43,515 nt of DNA, filler included, from Jimgerdemannia flammicorona (GCA_003990765.1; 2 parts of 2 records of this genome joined end to end with filler, not necessarily neighbours in it); one strand, 5' to 3'; positions 12,100 through 25,064 are shown, counted from the first letter of the whole stretch. The notes: a model not told the origin generated them from the sequence alone. A program made the numbers and translations.

Positions 12100-12169
12100 T
12101 AGTCACTTGGACTGCCCTTTATTACTGCTATCTATAATTCTAACAATACAATATCACCCCAAACCCTCA

Positions 12170-15100
12170 ACCAATGCCTCATGGACCCATTCCTCTCTCC
12201 TTGACCTCTCTCTGCCTGAGCACAACTCAGTCACCCACTACCCAAATCCTCCTGCCACTCTTCTGGGAGATATACTGTATCAAACCCCTGTGATTCCCCT
12301 TACCCAGCCCCCACCCTCACCACCAGCCATTCAAAATGTCCAGTAGTAACTATTCCCAATATACTACCTTGTTCCCAACCCCAACCCACCATCCCTCCTC
12401 AAATACATATACCCAATGCCCAGCTAACCCAATCTACATAGCCAGAGCCCAGCCAAGGATCAGTCATTCATCCCTAACCCCACTGACCAGTCTTCGGTGG
12501 AGCTCTCCCCATCTCCCCCCTTCCCCTCTCTCCAGGGTACACAGCCCTAACTGGTCCATGATATATCTCCAAAACTCCTCCAAAACCTCACACTCACCAA
12601 GCCAATGTTCGGGCATTTGTACCACTCCTCCCTCCTGACCAATATTGAAAAATTCCTCATACTCAAATATGCCACCATCCACCAAGTGCCCAGACCAATA
12701 GTTCAATATCACATTCTGCTATAGGACTCGCCACCACACCACCCAGAACTTGGGGGGCAGCCACCACCTCACCTATTTGCTCCAAAGCCAGAGTCTATTC
12801 CAGTCCCACTCCTCACCAATTCCAACCCTCTGCTAGGCTTCAGGCCACAGGTCTCCACCCAAGCCCTACAGACACTCTATACCCTCTCCAAGCTGGAAAT
12901 CCTCCACCAGAACACCACCCAGTAGAAGCCTGTCCCACTGCCATATCTACAGTCCCAAATCCTCCTCTGCTTTATCACCTTGCCACCAAAGTCCAATTTT
13001 CTTAGTGCCATCCACTACCCCCCACCAGAAGCCCATAAACTGCATCCTCCTACTCCCATCCATGGCCACCATTGCAAGCAGGTCACCGGAGTCACCATGA
13101 GGGGAATACCGAACCTCCCACACCCTCTGCATGAGTGGCACCCACTCCTGGCCCCTCAGCTCACTTGTCCTCCTCAACCACCAAGCTCTCAAACAATGAA
13201 GCCACTTAGTAAAGTCAACTAAACCCAGCCCACCTCTTTCCATGGGCAGTGTGAGCACCTCCCAACCCACCTGACTTCACTGCCCTCCCCAGATCCATGA
13301 TCTCATCATCTTCAACAGCCCCCTGACCACCCAGGTCAGGAAATCCAAATGATATCCCACATACCACAGCTTCAGCATCCAATACACATTCAGCACTATT
13401 ACCCTTCTAGCTAAGGACATATGCTAACCTCCCCATCACAGCAGAACATTTCCCCACTCCAGAAGTTGTCAGCTCCATCATACATAGAGAAGAAGAGATC
13501 CAAACACTGAGAAGTAGATCTCCAAATAATGTACTGATTTACCAGCTGGTACCACCATTCCAATTACATCACTACCAGCAATTCCAGCACCCAGTACCAG
13601 AGTCTCACATTTGTGCCAGTTTAGTTTAGCACCAGATCCTCTCTCATACCATTACACAGACTACCATAACTCCTCCACATCTACCAAGGAGCCCAGTCCA
13701 ACCACCATATCATCAGCAAAGGCCCCCATCTTCCAATTTATCCTTAGAATGTCCAAACCCCTGATTCGACGCCGAATCCTATCCAGTAGGGGCTCCAGGG
13801 AGAGGGCATACAATACGGGTGACAAGGGGTCACCTTGTGGCACCCCACGACCTAGGAGAAAGGCCACACTCCTGTGGCCATTGATGACCAACACAGCCTG
13901 ACTGTCCTCCAAGAGGCTGATCAATGATCCTTGAAACTCTGAGGAAATACCAATCTATTTCAGTACTCCCTCTAGCCAGATCCTCTGCACTCTATCATAT
14001 GCCTTTTTCTGATCCAGAAATACCAACTATCCATCCATCCCTGTAGCCCAGGCACCTTCAATCACACCATATATCCAAGCTGTCCCATCATGAATCAACT
14101 GGCCACCAACAAATCCATGCTGCTCCACACCAAGCACTTGCTGAGTGATTCCTTGCAGCCTTATTACCAAGATCTTTGTCATCAGTTTGCAGTCCATATT
14201 GAGTAGCATGATTGGCTGCCAGTTCTTCCAATCTTCCCACCTCTTCTTATTCTTTTAGAGTAAGGAGACTAGCCCTAGGCACTGGCCCCCTATCCAAGTA
14301 CCAGACCAAAGAACCTCATCACACATAGCAGTCATTTCCTCCAGCACCTCGCTCACCCCAGCCATCTTCTTCCAAAAATCCCAGGGAAGTCCATCCTCCC
14401 CCTGAGCCATCTCCTTACTCATCGAGGCCAAAATCTTACAGATTTCCACTCTACTCACTGGGTCCCCCAAAGATCCTAGGCCCATTGCAGGGTTTGGGTG
14501 CTAATCCCCCAGCTACCTTTCAATGTCCAAGGCTTCCACCCCTCCTTCCTCCTCACTCCATAGATTCTTCCAATAGTTTTGCAGTAAACCCAGAATTTCT
14601 GGAGTCCCCACCACCAGCTCACCATTTGCATCCAGGACTCCTTCCCACTGCTGCTTCATTTGTCATGCTTGTAACAACCATGATAAAAACCTAGTAGGCC
14701 TCTCCCCCTCCTCAAGTCCCTGCCACTGCAGCTGGGCCACCATCCCCTGCAACCTCACCTCCTTCTCTCTTCATAACACTCCTTTAAGCTCCTCCACCTC
14801 CTTTCGGATCCTCACAATACACCAGTCAGTCACCTTCTCATCTTCTAGCACACCTGCCCATCTCTCCATGAGTGTCACCAGACACTGCGAGGCCCACAGC
14901 ACCCACTGCTATCATTGAGCACACCTTCCTTTCCCCACTTCCCTCCAATACCTCTGAGCATTTGCCTTCAGTCTCCTCCAGCAGTCCCCAATCCCCAGGC
15001 CCTGTTCCCGCTACCTTCCAATATTCCCAACAATCTCCATTTTCCAATCCTCCCACAAAACCCCATCCTCTAATAAGGAAGAATTTAGTTGCCAATGTCC

Positions 15101-15830
15101 AGGCCCATCCTCACTTCCCCCAAACCTCTCCCCTCCTAGCAGCCCCCAGTGATCAGACCATGGACACCAAACTACCTCTAGCGCCATTCAGACATCTGCT
15201 CCCCAGCACTCCGCTGTCAAAACCCAGTCAATCCTGGAGCCCAGCCCTGCCGCCCAGTGAGTGTACATCTGCCGATTGTCCCAAAACTATCTTCCTGAGT
15301 CCACTAAAGAACTCAACCTCTCTGTCTCCAACCAGTCACCCAACCCACCACTCTCACTCTACATACCTCTTCCTCCATCTGTTCTGTCCATCTCCTTATC
15401 CCATACCATGTTGAAGTCACCCTCCAGGCAGTCCAACCCAACCTCACCCAAGACACCAGACTCTTTCAACCCGTGAATCCAATCCACCCTCTCTCTTCTC
15501 TCAGCTGGGCAGTAACAAGACCCAACTGTCAATGAGCCCTGTCCAGGCCTCTTCCACACTCTCCACACTACCCAAGAACCCCAATGTCCAATGTCCCCAA
15601 TGTCCCCCATCCCTTTCCAAATAAGAATACCCACCCTCCCCCTCCATACTACTGCCCCCCCCCCATTCCTTAGTCCAATCCTGTAAATCCACATCTACCT
15701 CATAACGAACATCCTGCAACAAAAAGAGGTCCGCATCTAGTCTCTTTAACCATCCAAATATATACTTCCTCCTAGCCACCCCCCATAACCCATTCACATT
15801 CAAAGAGAATATTCTAGTTATACTGTTCAT
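12170..15830 (-). pseudogene. LINE ORF2: APE endonuclease + reverse transcriptase + C-terminal H..EC motif
   Basis: MNSITRIFSLNVNGL, LFLLQD, CYCPAE, GDFN (APE). QHGFVGG, GVPQGDPLSP, AFADDM (RT). GGLGLVDF; PEHWLGEC. Interrupted by stops and frameshifts; 3' end approximate. Confidence 0.92.
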
Positions 15831-15861
15831 ATTGAAAGAATGTTGCAATTGGGACCCCAGC

Positions 15862-17777
15862 CTAGTATTCCATGCTCATCTCATCCCCAGCCAGATTTAA
15901 GTGCCATTCAGCTTTCAAGTCACCCTCTGCATTAGCCCAAGCATCCAGTGCCTCCAAGATTTCCTGACATTCTACCCTATCCACTACCTTCATCTCTGAC
16001 TGATAGTCCATGCAGACTGCACACCACTTCTCCAGTCCCTTCCTCGAGTTCCACAAGTATAATGCTCAGTCACTCGCAATCCCCCTAAGTTCCTCCTCCC
16101 TCTGATCATCGACTTGATATTCAACTGACTCCAGGAGGACAGTCAGGATCTCGTTCCTTACCTTCCTCGGCACCTCCTCCCCCTATAGGATTTCCTCCCA
16201 ATGTCTCTCTTCCATAACTCTGAAATCCTCTCCCCCCAGCTCCTCTGCCACTACCCCTTCCAGGGTCTTCCACATCCACTTCTCCTCATCCACTGCCTCT
16301 GCCACACCCTGGACGATTTGTCCCCCATCCATCTCAGGGTCCATCAGAGTGCTCCTCCTCACTAACTCATCTCACTCCTCATCCAGCACATCCAGCAGTT
16401 CCTCCTCCCCCTCAGCTCCACCCAGGACACTATACTGAGAGTATACACCTTTGCTCATTTCTGCATCTGCCTCTATACTGCCTTTCCTCTCCTTCTCCAA
16501 TCTAGTCTGAGCTCCACCATGGGCCCTTTCACCCCCCACAGCCCAGGTGCTCTCCTGCAATCCCACATCCCCCTCTCCTGTGCTTCTGCCGGCTCTACCC
16601 CCACCCAACTTCACTAGCAGCTCCTTCTGGATTTTCCTCCCCTGTATCTTCTCCCAGGCCCCCCTCTCCATCCAGACCCTCTTCCCATCCACCTCTCCCA
16701 CTACTGTCCTGGCCTCAAACTCCTTTCAGGCCAATCTCCTCCTTGCAACCACCCCTTCCAGATCCTCCAGAGCTTCCAACAGGTCTTCTTCCTCCTCCTG
16801 GGTCCCCTTTACCCTTGTGACCTTGCACTTCACCAGTCTCCACCTCAGCATCGCTGGCCAGTCCCTCATCTTCCCTGTATTCTCTTTTCCAGCCAGCCTC
16901 ATCCTGACATTGACATCACTAGTCCAGAGCTCCATACCCTCCCAGACCTTGAACTCAACATCCACAATCTCTCTATACTCCTTGATTGCCTCCACAACCA
17001 ACTCTCTAGTCCTCTCCTTCAACAACATTGGGAGATCCAACACTGTCAACTGCACTACTTGGGGGTCCAGCACATGCACCTGGCCATAGAGACCACAACT
17101 CCACCAACTGTCACCCCCTTCTCCAAGGCTGTCAGCAAGGAATCTTCTTCCTCAAACTCCACCTTGACTCCTTCCTTCCCCTTCAAAAACTTCACCGAAG
17201 CTGCTCCCTTTGCCTCCTGCACTATCAGCCCTAAAATCATCCTTACCATCACTGTCAAACCTCTGAAACTCATTGTGACCATGAATTCTGACCTCAACTT
17301 CTTGAGTAACAGGGCTGACATTATGCCCATCACCCCATCTACCAGGTCCCTGGGCCTCATGCCCACTCCTTGTCCTGAATTATCAACTGCCATCACATCT
17401 GGATTTTTTGCCAGATCTCCAGTCACAGCCCTATCAATAGTCACATCTCCAGCCCCTACTCCCACTCCTCCTCTACCACCTGAAACTCCCCTGGGCACAC
17501 CTCCCTGTCCCCTAGCAGCAGCTTTCGACACCTTCCTTAGGCCCAACCAACTATCCAGACCAGAGGCCATCTTTCCCATTCTGACCTTGTTAGCAAAGAT
17601 CGATCTCTCCTCTCCTCTCTGCCTCAGACCACCCCTCCCTCTACCACCAGGGCCTTGGCTAGCCATTGAGGCCCCTGGCATCCCCAAACCATCTCCCCTC
17701 CTCCCCACCTTCTGCCAGCCAAAGGCACTACCACCCCCCTGGCCAGTATACTCACCAGTTTGATTGTTGCCATCCAT
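15862..17777 (-). pseudogene. LINE ORF1 (frameshifted)
   Basis: ATG at 17777 just inside the 5' end. Chained ORF fragments 17055-17777, 16726-17079, 16372-16701 and 15862-16056 lie immediately upstream of ORF2. Confidence 0.7.
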
Positions 17778-18360
17778 GTTGATAGTCGTCAGATACCAAA
17801 AACATTGTAAAAAGTATTGTCTGAGTCTTGCGTCACCTGAATGGTATTAGTGAAAGGTCTGTCTGAAGTCTTCACCCCTGAGACCTTTATCTCTGAAATC
17901 ACTTCTAATATTCCTAAAGCTATTCTTAAAGCCCTAGCTACTATCTAAGCTATCATTATTACTTAAGTTACCCAAGCTATCACTAGTATTATATATCTCT
18001 GTCTTAATAATATATAGATCAGATTTATTTATTTACCAGAGCTGGATCATCAGATTAATACTATAAGAGTACATCTATATTTAAGATCCAGTAATGCTAA
18101 AACTAAATAATATAATTTCTCTAACTCTAAATATAAGCTAGAGATAAAGAAAAAACCCTACAACTAACCAATAAAGAAGTAAAATAGATTTATAGTAGAT
18201 GAGTAAAGAACTTATATATAAGACTATCTCAAAGAGACTGATATATAAACTAAGGTCTAAAAAGACCCCAATCTCACTCTCTAAGCCTACAGACCTTGAT
18301 TATATTATTATATCAGCTCTCAGTTCTAGTTAGATACTACCAAATAAGGAAGGTTTCACT

Positions 18361-18712
18361 TAGTGCTCTCAAATAAATCGAATCAATTTGAATTAAATTA
18401 AATTAAGAGTCATTTAAATTAAATTAAATTGGAGATTTTTCAATTCAAATTAAGTTTAAATCAAATTGAGGGTCTAATTCAAACACTATTTTTCAAAATG
18501 TAATAACTTGATGAAAATATATTAAAATTTAATAATCTTTAGTTTATTAGATTTCTCTTATATATATAGAGAAATCTAACAAACTAAAGATCATTAAATT
18601 TGGACATATTTTCATTAAGTTATTATATTTTAAAAAATAGAGTTTAAATCAAATCTCAAATCAAATTGAATTTGAGCTAAATTTGATTTGATTTGATTCA
18701 TTGAGAGTACTA
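18361..18712. mobile_element. Fold-back MITE family 1 (hAT-type ends), copy 1
   Basis: TIRs TAGTGCTCTCAA / TTGAGAGTACTA; the whole element is palindromic about ~18562. Flanks GTTTCACT / GTCCTACT are consistent with a transition-mutated 8-bp TSD. Confidence 0.85.
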
Positions 18713-20449
18713 GTCCTACTCTCTAAGTTTACAGGCATCAATCATATTACTATATTAGCTCTTAGTTTTAGTTAGATATAGCTAGAACATTAGTCACTAT
18801 ACTACCTTACTATCTACCAGCCAATCAAAAGACTCTACTAAGATAATATCTACTATAACCCCAATAACTACTCCTAGTCTAGCATCTGACTAGTTTACTA
18901 TTATTACTCTTTCTCTTATCTAAAATAGTCATCTTCTCTCATTTTAATCTTACCTAAAAAACAGCTACCTATATTAGAACTATACTTATCAGAAAGCTCA
19001 CTAAAGTTCAGAGAGCTCTACTATAGATACTAATAACCTGCAGATAACCTATACTGTCACTTATGTCTAAGGTTAGCTAACTTTCTACACAGTTTATAAT
19101 ATACTACAATAATATCTCATTAATGATAGTAAAAGAAAGAAAGTACTATATTAAATAGATATATTTCAGATACATATAGCTAGAAGTACTAGAAACTATA
19201 AAAAAGAGGAGAAAGCACTGATCTAATACTGATAAAGAGATAACTCATCACTATTGCATCTCTTCTACTAGTTTATAATAGGTATAGCAAATCAATCTAA
19301 GGTAAAGAGAATGAAAGTTGGAGAAAGAAGACTCAGAAGATTATCTACTAAAATCTTATAATTAGAATAATAGTAGAGAAAGAAGTATTATTAAGAAACT
19401 CTATACAAATTCAAAAATTAGTTACAACTAGTTATATAAACTCAAAATAGTTAATAAAAAACTAATTAATCACTCAGACCTCTCTATAGTAGAAGATATA
19501 GATCTAAAATTATATATATTAGCTTAGAAGAGATAATCACTATAATGATATACTAGATTCAAAACCTATAAGTATAACTAAAATACTAGAAGCTAAAGAG
19601 TATAGTTTCAATAACTCACCCTATAGTTATATCTGTCAGTTTTAAGCCACTTAAGTCAGATATCTTTAATAGTCACTATAAATAACTATCTACTAATATC
19701 TGAATCTTCTAATTAGACCAATACTTTGAGCTGACAAAAATAGAAGTAGATATATAAGTCTAATTTATCATTATACTTCTTTAAGAAAATATAGTTATCT
19801 GATAGTATAATTATATCATAACTACTTCTATCTATCAAGAAATAAGAATTGAGAATTGAGTAGTATTTAAGAAGACTCTTCATAAGTAGTTCAAGTCTAT
19901 AAATACTACCAAACTAGTTAGAGACAGACTAGTAAATATTAAGTAACTTAAATCTATATAGCTATAATGTATAATTTTTATTAATTTTTTTAAAGCTATC
20001 TGATATAGCAGAAGATAAGAAAATAGACCACTATATCTAAGGCTTAAAAGAAAATATATAAATTAAGGTTGAACTAAAAGAACTAAGAACTCTTGAAGAA
20101 GTCATGAATATTACTAATAGATTTAATATTATTACTTATAGTTACTACTTTAAATTAGAATACTATAAGAAGAACTACTTCAAGAACTATTATAAAAACT
20201 AACTCAGAACAGTTGAATCAGCCCTAATAGATTTGGACTCTATAAATAAAAAGAATGCCAAGCTATCTCAGAAAAGAAGAAATATCTAAAAAAGTTAGAA
20301 GTATATTTCTTCTATTACTAGATAGAATATATTATAACCAAATATTCTAAGAAGATAAGTAAATCAATCAGATCAATTACTATGTTGTCTAAAGATATAC
20401 TCATTAATTTTACTACCAGTCAATCAGAACTTAAGATCAAGAAGCTATA

Positions 20450-20830
20450 TCTAAAGACTCAGATCTTTCAATATTAATCAGAAGAAATCATTAGATTTAA
20501 TTTATATTTAGTTAAGTAAGTTATCATTCCTACTAAAGGAAGAGTTCTAATATCTACTAGAATTATAGTTTAATATCTAGAAGACTATTATATAAGAATT
20601 ATAGTCAGATCAGAACTCAGTATCAACTATTATTTAAATATTAGTATTGGTATTATTAATTTAGACTACTGCAGACAAGTTTAAGTTCTACTTGTTAATC
20701 AGAAAAATTAAGATTATATATTAAAGAAGGAGACTAAGTTATACAAATGATTTTAGAAGAAGTAAGTCAACCTAAAGTCATAGAAGTTAAGAACTATCTC
20801 TAATTAAGTAAGATAAAAAAGGTTTTAATA
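20450..20830 (+). pseudogene. dUTPase domain of Gypsy F (between gag and protease)
   Basis: FNLY..VIIPTKGRVLISTRI...RSELSI...GIINLDYCRQV*VLLVN...KGF are transition-decayed dUTPase motifs 1-5. Confidence 0.78.
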
Positions 20831-20965
20831 TATAGTACAGATCAAATAGCAAGTCTATCTAAGAACTGAGCTCAAGCTATACTTACCTTTAAAGGTCTAA
20901 TCAAAGGAAAAAAAACTCAAGTACTTAGCAGTAATAACTTTATTAACTAGAATCTTATTAAAAAT

Positions 20966-21287
20966 TAGTACTCTCAAACTAATTGAATTAATTCAAATTG
21001 AATTAAATTGAGACCTGATTAATTTGAAATATTTATCTCAAATTCAAATATAATAACTCAATAGAAATATATCCAAATTTAATATTCTTTATTATACTAG
21101 ATTTTCTATCATAAGGTATATTAAATAAGCTAAAATTCATTAAATTTAGATATATTTTGATTATATTATTGAATTTTGAAAAATTAGATTTGAATTGAAT
21201 TAAATTAACTCTTAATTTAATTTAAATATTTTGAATTGAATTGAATTGAAGATAAATTCAATTCAATTTAATTTATTCTAAGTATTA
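20966..21287. mobile_element. Fold-back MITE family 1, copy 2
   Basis: TAGTACTCTCAA...AGTATTA; palindromic body similar to 18361-18712; flanks TTAAAAAT / TAAAAAAT. Confidence 0.78.
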
Positions 21288-21388
21288 TAAAAAATCTAAG
21301 ATTCTTATCAAATCTATATCTAAGAATAATAGAGTAGTTACTGCTAATAGTATACTATATTCTATCAAGTCAATTACTATTAAACTAT

Positions 21389-21708
21389 TGTAACGTAGCG
21401 GATGCTTACTCTTGAAAGTACGTTGGATTTCTGTATCTTGAAAACTTGACTGTTCTGACTCTCGCAGAGTCTTCTTGAAGTTGCAGGGGAGGGTGGGTGA
21501 GTTCGAAGTGTATCTGCCCGCAGGCTTACTAGTTCCTTTGCTATCTCTTTGCTTTGAACTATTTCGATCTGAGGTTTATTCACTCGAAGATACTGGGTTA
21601 TTTATACAAGTTTGCTAGCTATGAGAGGGTGGCTAAGTAATAAATGAGTCATTTGGACTTTGTCAAAACATTTAGACAATGTCTAAATGCTATGCTAAAT
21701 CGGGGTAT
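21389..21708 (-). repeat. Young LTR (3' portion) related to the Gypsy D LTR, cut by the assembly gap
   Basis: Reverse complement ends ...GCATCCGCTACGTTACA and aligns with 37938-38178 and 30174-30325. Retains CpGs. Confidence 0.88.
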
Positions 21709-21808
21709 NNNNNNNNNNNNNNNNNNNNNNNNNNNNNNNNNNNNNNNNNNNNTTAATTAATTAANNNNNNNNNNNNNNNNNNNNNNNNNNNNNNNNNNNN
21801 NNNNNNNN
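21709..21808. other. Artificial assembly spacer (N44-TTAATTAATTAA-N44)
   Basis: Exactly 100 nt with a central linker that has stops in all six frames. True gap size and adjacency are unknown. Confidence 0.97.
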
Positions 21809-24351
21809 CAACCCACAATTCATGAGCTCTTTTGACCTGTGAAATGGTTACTGGCAAATTGCCATGAAAGAAGAAGATATCTACAAGACAGCTTTCTGAA
21901 CTCGCTATGGACACTTTGAGTTCCTGGTTATGTCCTTTGGCTTAACTAATGCTCCAGCAACCTTCCAGACTCTGATGAATACCATTCTGCACCCATACCT
22001 GGACAAATTCATTGTTGTCTATATTGATGACATCCTAGTCTTCAGCAAAACCCTGGAAGAACATCTTGAACACCTTGAACTAGTACTACTGAAACTCCAA
22101 GAAAACTGACTCTTTGCAAAACTCAGCAAGTATGAATTTTTTCTGAAAGAAATTCAATTCCTTGGACACATTGTCACTCCGAATGGAATTAAAGTGGACC
22201 CCAGCAAAATCTCTGCAATCAAAGATTGGCCCACACCCAAGAAGCTGAAAGACCTCCAGTCATTTCTGGGATTAGCAAACTATTACAGGTGATTCATTGC
22301 CAACTTTGCTAAAATTGCTACTGCCCTCACCCAAATGACCAAGCACAACAAGAAACAAGAACAACCCTGGACCATGAAACAAGAGAAAGACTTCAACAAT
22401 CTTGTAACATGGGGACCTGAACAAGATACTGCCTTTCAAGCACTGAAAGATGCTCTGATAACCACACCAGTACTTCAAGCGGCAAACCCTGCCCTACCAT
22501 ATGAAGTCACCACTGATGCCTCTGACCTAGCCCTTGGAGCAGTGCTCATGCAAGAAGGACACCCTGTGGCCTATCACTCCCACAAGTTCAATGATGCCGA
22601 AATCAACTACGCAACTCACGAGAAGGAAATGCTAGCCATCGTAGACACTCTGATCAAATAGCGACCATACCTAGAAGGAGCACACTTCACTGTATTGACT
22701 GACCACAAGTCATTAGTCAACATCAAGACCCAGGCTACTCTTTCTCGAAAGCAAGCCAGATGGATGAAAGTCCTCACCAACTTTGACTATGAAATCCAGT
22801 ACCGCCCTGGCAAGGAAAATATTGTTGCCGATGCAATCTCCAGACCACCAATCGAAGAGGTTATCCAAACTCTGACGTTGGTTACCAACACTATCATGAA
22901 ACAAATCATTGCAGCATGTGTTGATGATAAAGAAGCTCAAGCACTCCGAGAAATCCTGAACAATGATGATACCGACAAGCATACCCAGTACAATCAATAC
23001 CAACTCAAGGACAATGCTTTCTACTACAAGGACAGATTGTATGTTCCAAACAACCGAGACCTCCGAAGGACTATCCTATTCAAATGTCATGATGCCCCTA
23101 TAGCTGGACATTTAGGATTTGATAAATGTTACGAAGTTATCTCCCGAAACTTCTATTGGCCCCACATGGCAGATCAGCTCAAGACCTACATCACTTCCTG
23201 TGATGCCTGCCAACGAAACAAGTCCTTAACCTGGCTTACTCCACCCTATTCTGGTACCATCCACAAATTGGGAAAAAATCTCTATGGACTTCATTGTACA
23301 ACTACCTAGAACCAAGAACAGGAAAGATGCAATTGTTGTCCTTGTGGACTATCTCAGCAAACAAGCTCACTTTGTGCCTACTACTACTACTGTAACAGCA
23401 CCAGACATAGCCACACTCTTGTTTGACAACATCTTCCGCTATCATGGTCTTCCCAAGATCATTGTTAGTGACCGAGATCCGAAATTCACCAGCCACTTTT
23501 GGAAGGCCCTCCATACGCACCTTGGAACAAAACTTGCACTATCCACAGCCTTTCACCCTGAAACTGATGGCCAAACTGAAAGAATGAACCGAACTCTGGA
23601 ACAAATGCTAAGGAACTATGTCTCCTACAGACAAGATGATTGGCATGAACACCTCACCACAGTAAAGTTTGCCTATAACAACAGCAAGCAAGCCTCTTTA
23701 GGAATGACCCCATTCTTCACTAATACCAGACAAAACCCAAACACCCCTTTAACACTTATCCGAACTACTGAAGAACCCTCCACAGTCGAAGCTGTTGAAG
23801 AATTCCTACTCCAAATGCGCAATCTAAGCCAGATCGCAATTGAGAATTTATCATGAGCTCAAGAACAACAGTCACAGTATGTTAACCAACACTGCTGAGA
23901 AGAAACTTTTGATATTGGAGAAAAAGTTCTACTGGACATCAGAGGATACCGAGTTGACAACCTTAAGCACAGACCATCCACAAAGCTGAACAGCAAGTTC
24001 ATTGGACCATTTGAAGTCATCACACAAGTCTCTCTAACCTCCTACAAACTAGCACTACCGGACGCCATTAAGATTCACCCAGTCTTTAATGTTCAATGTC
24101 TCAAGTGATACAATGATAATAATGACAAGCTATTTCCAAATCGGACCACCAAACCACCTGCACCTGTCATTATTAATGACCAAGAAGAGTATGAAGTTGA
24201 ACAAATCCTCAACAAACATGGCAACAAGAACCATCCCGAGTACCTTGTCAAATGGAAAGGTTACCCGATCCACGATGCAACCTGGGAACCCAAGACCAAT
24301 CTCCAGAATACTACTGACCTAGTTCAGGAATATGATTCCTTAAACAACTAG
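21809..24351 (+). pseudogene. pol of Gypsy C (partial)
   Basis: Near-intact reading frames broken by a few TGA/TAG stops and a frameshift near 23230. Confidence 0.92.
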
Positions 24352-24881
24352 AACCAAACACTCTGCACCTATCTGTACATACCATATATTATCCTCCCAA
24401 ACATTATAATTATTGTGAACCAAACCAAGAACTCAGCAAAACAAGACAAGAATACTGACCCTCTGAAAAAATAGCAAAACTGAAAGCAAGCCTATTCTCC
24501 CCATACCACTGGTGGGAAACGAGGCGTAGACATTTAAGAAGATTTCTTAGAGGAAATTCTCCAGCAGTAAATGACATCAGAATCACTTCCGGCGCATGGC
24601 ATTGAACACACGACCCTTTAACGTGTGAATCCAACACATTAGGCAACTGTACTACGAGCATGCCACTTTCTGAAAAAATGGACCTTATCAGACTTTTGAC
24701 CTCCTAAATGGTGTAACAACACTAGAACAAATTAGAAGGCCCCGACGAGGACATCAAAAGCTAAGAAGGGGAGAGTTGTAAGCGCACAACCTCCAAGCCA
24801 CCGAAATTACACGTCACCCTCTGAACAAGCCATTGAAATCACACGTGACCTCTGAACAAATCTGGAAATCACCTGCTTGAT

Positions 24882-24928
24882 CACAAAGCTGAGTCAAACC
24901 AAAGTCACAGCGCACAAAGCTGAGTCAA
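24882..24928 (+). promoter_or_regulatory. Duplicated CACAAAGCTGAGTCAA containing AP-1/Gcn4-type TGAGTCA sites in LTR U3
   Basis: TGAGTCA at 24890-24896 and 24921-24927; inverse TGACTCA at 26223-26229. Function inferred only. Confidence 0.45.
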
Positions 24929-25064
24929 TACGAAGTCACAGAACACAAGATCTACACAAACGGAATCTTACCAATCAGGACCAAATGCATATATACTGAG
25001 CACCAAGATGCGTCGAATCAGAGAACCAAAACAAACAACAACCACAACTTTCCAACACACAAAC

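Larger units (their letters stand above)
12053..17861 (-). mobile_element. Full-length L1/Tx1-like LINE (~5.8 kb), pseudogenised
   Basis: Perfect 15-bp TSD TCTGAAGTCTTCACC at 12038-12052 and 17862-17876. Poly(A) tail appears as T44 at 12053-12096; AATAAA at 12123-12118. ORF1 and APE-RT ORF2 on the minus strand. Confidence 0.95.
19120..21388 (+). mobile_element. Gypsy F: gag-CCHC-dUTPase-protease start, highly degenerate
   Basis: gag RDRLVNIK*...DKKIDHYI*GLKE...RTLEEVM...ALIDLDS (~19920-20240), decayed knuckle ~20300, dUTPase ~20450-20830, protease-like FKGLIKGKKTQVL ~20890. Cut by a MITE and by the LTR at 21389. Start approximate. Confidence 0.75.

Noticed and set aside
14872..17763. Plus-strand Pro/Ser-rich ORFs of 180-234 aa
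   Set aside because: Antisense shadows of the G-rich LINE ORF1/ORF2.
18273..18779. ~65-bp direct repeat (18273-18337 and 18715-18779) around MITE copy 1
   Set aside because: Too long and offset to be a TSD; better explained as a pre-existing tandem duplication in the target.
21753..21764. TTAATTAATTAA palindrome between N runs
   Set aside because: Artificial six-frame-stop linker. The LTR at 21389 (minus, D-type) is therefore not treated as the 5' LTR of element C.
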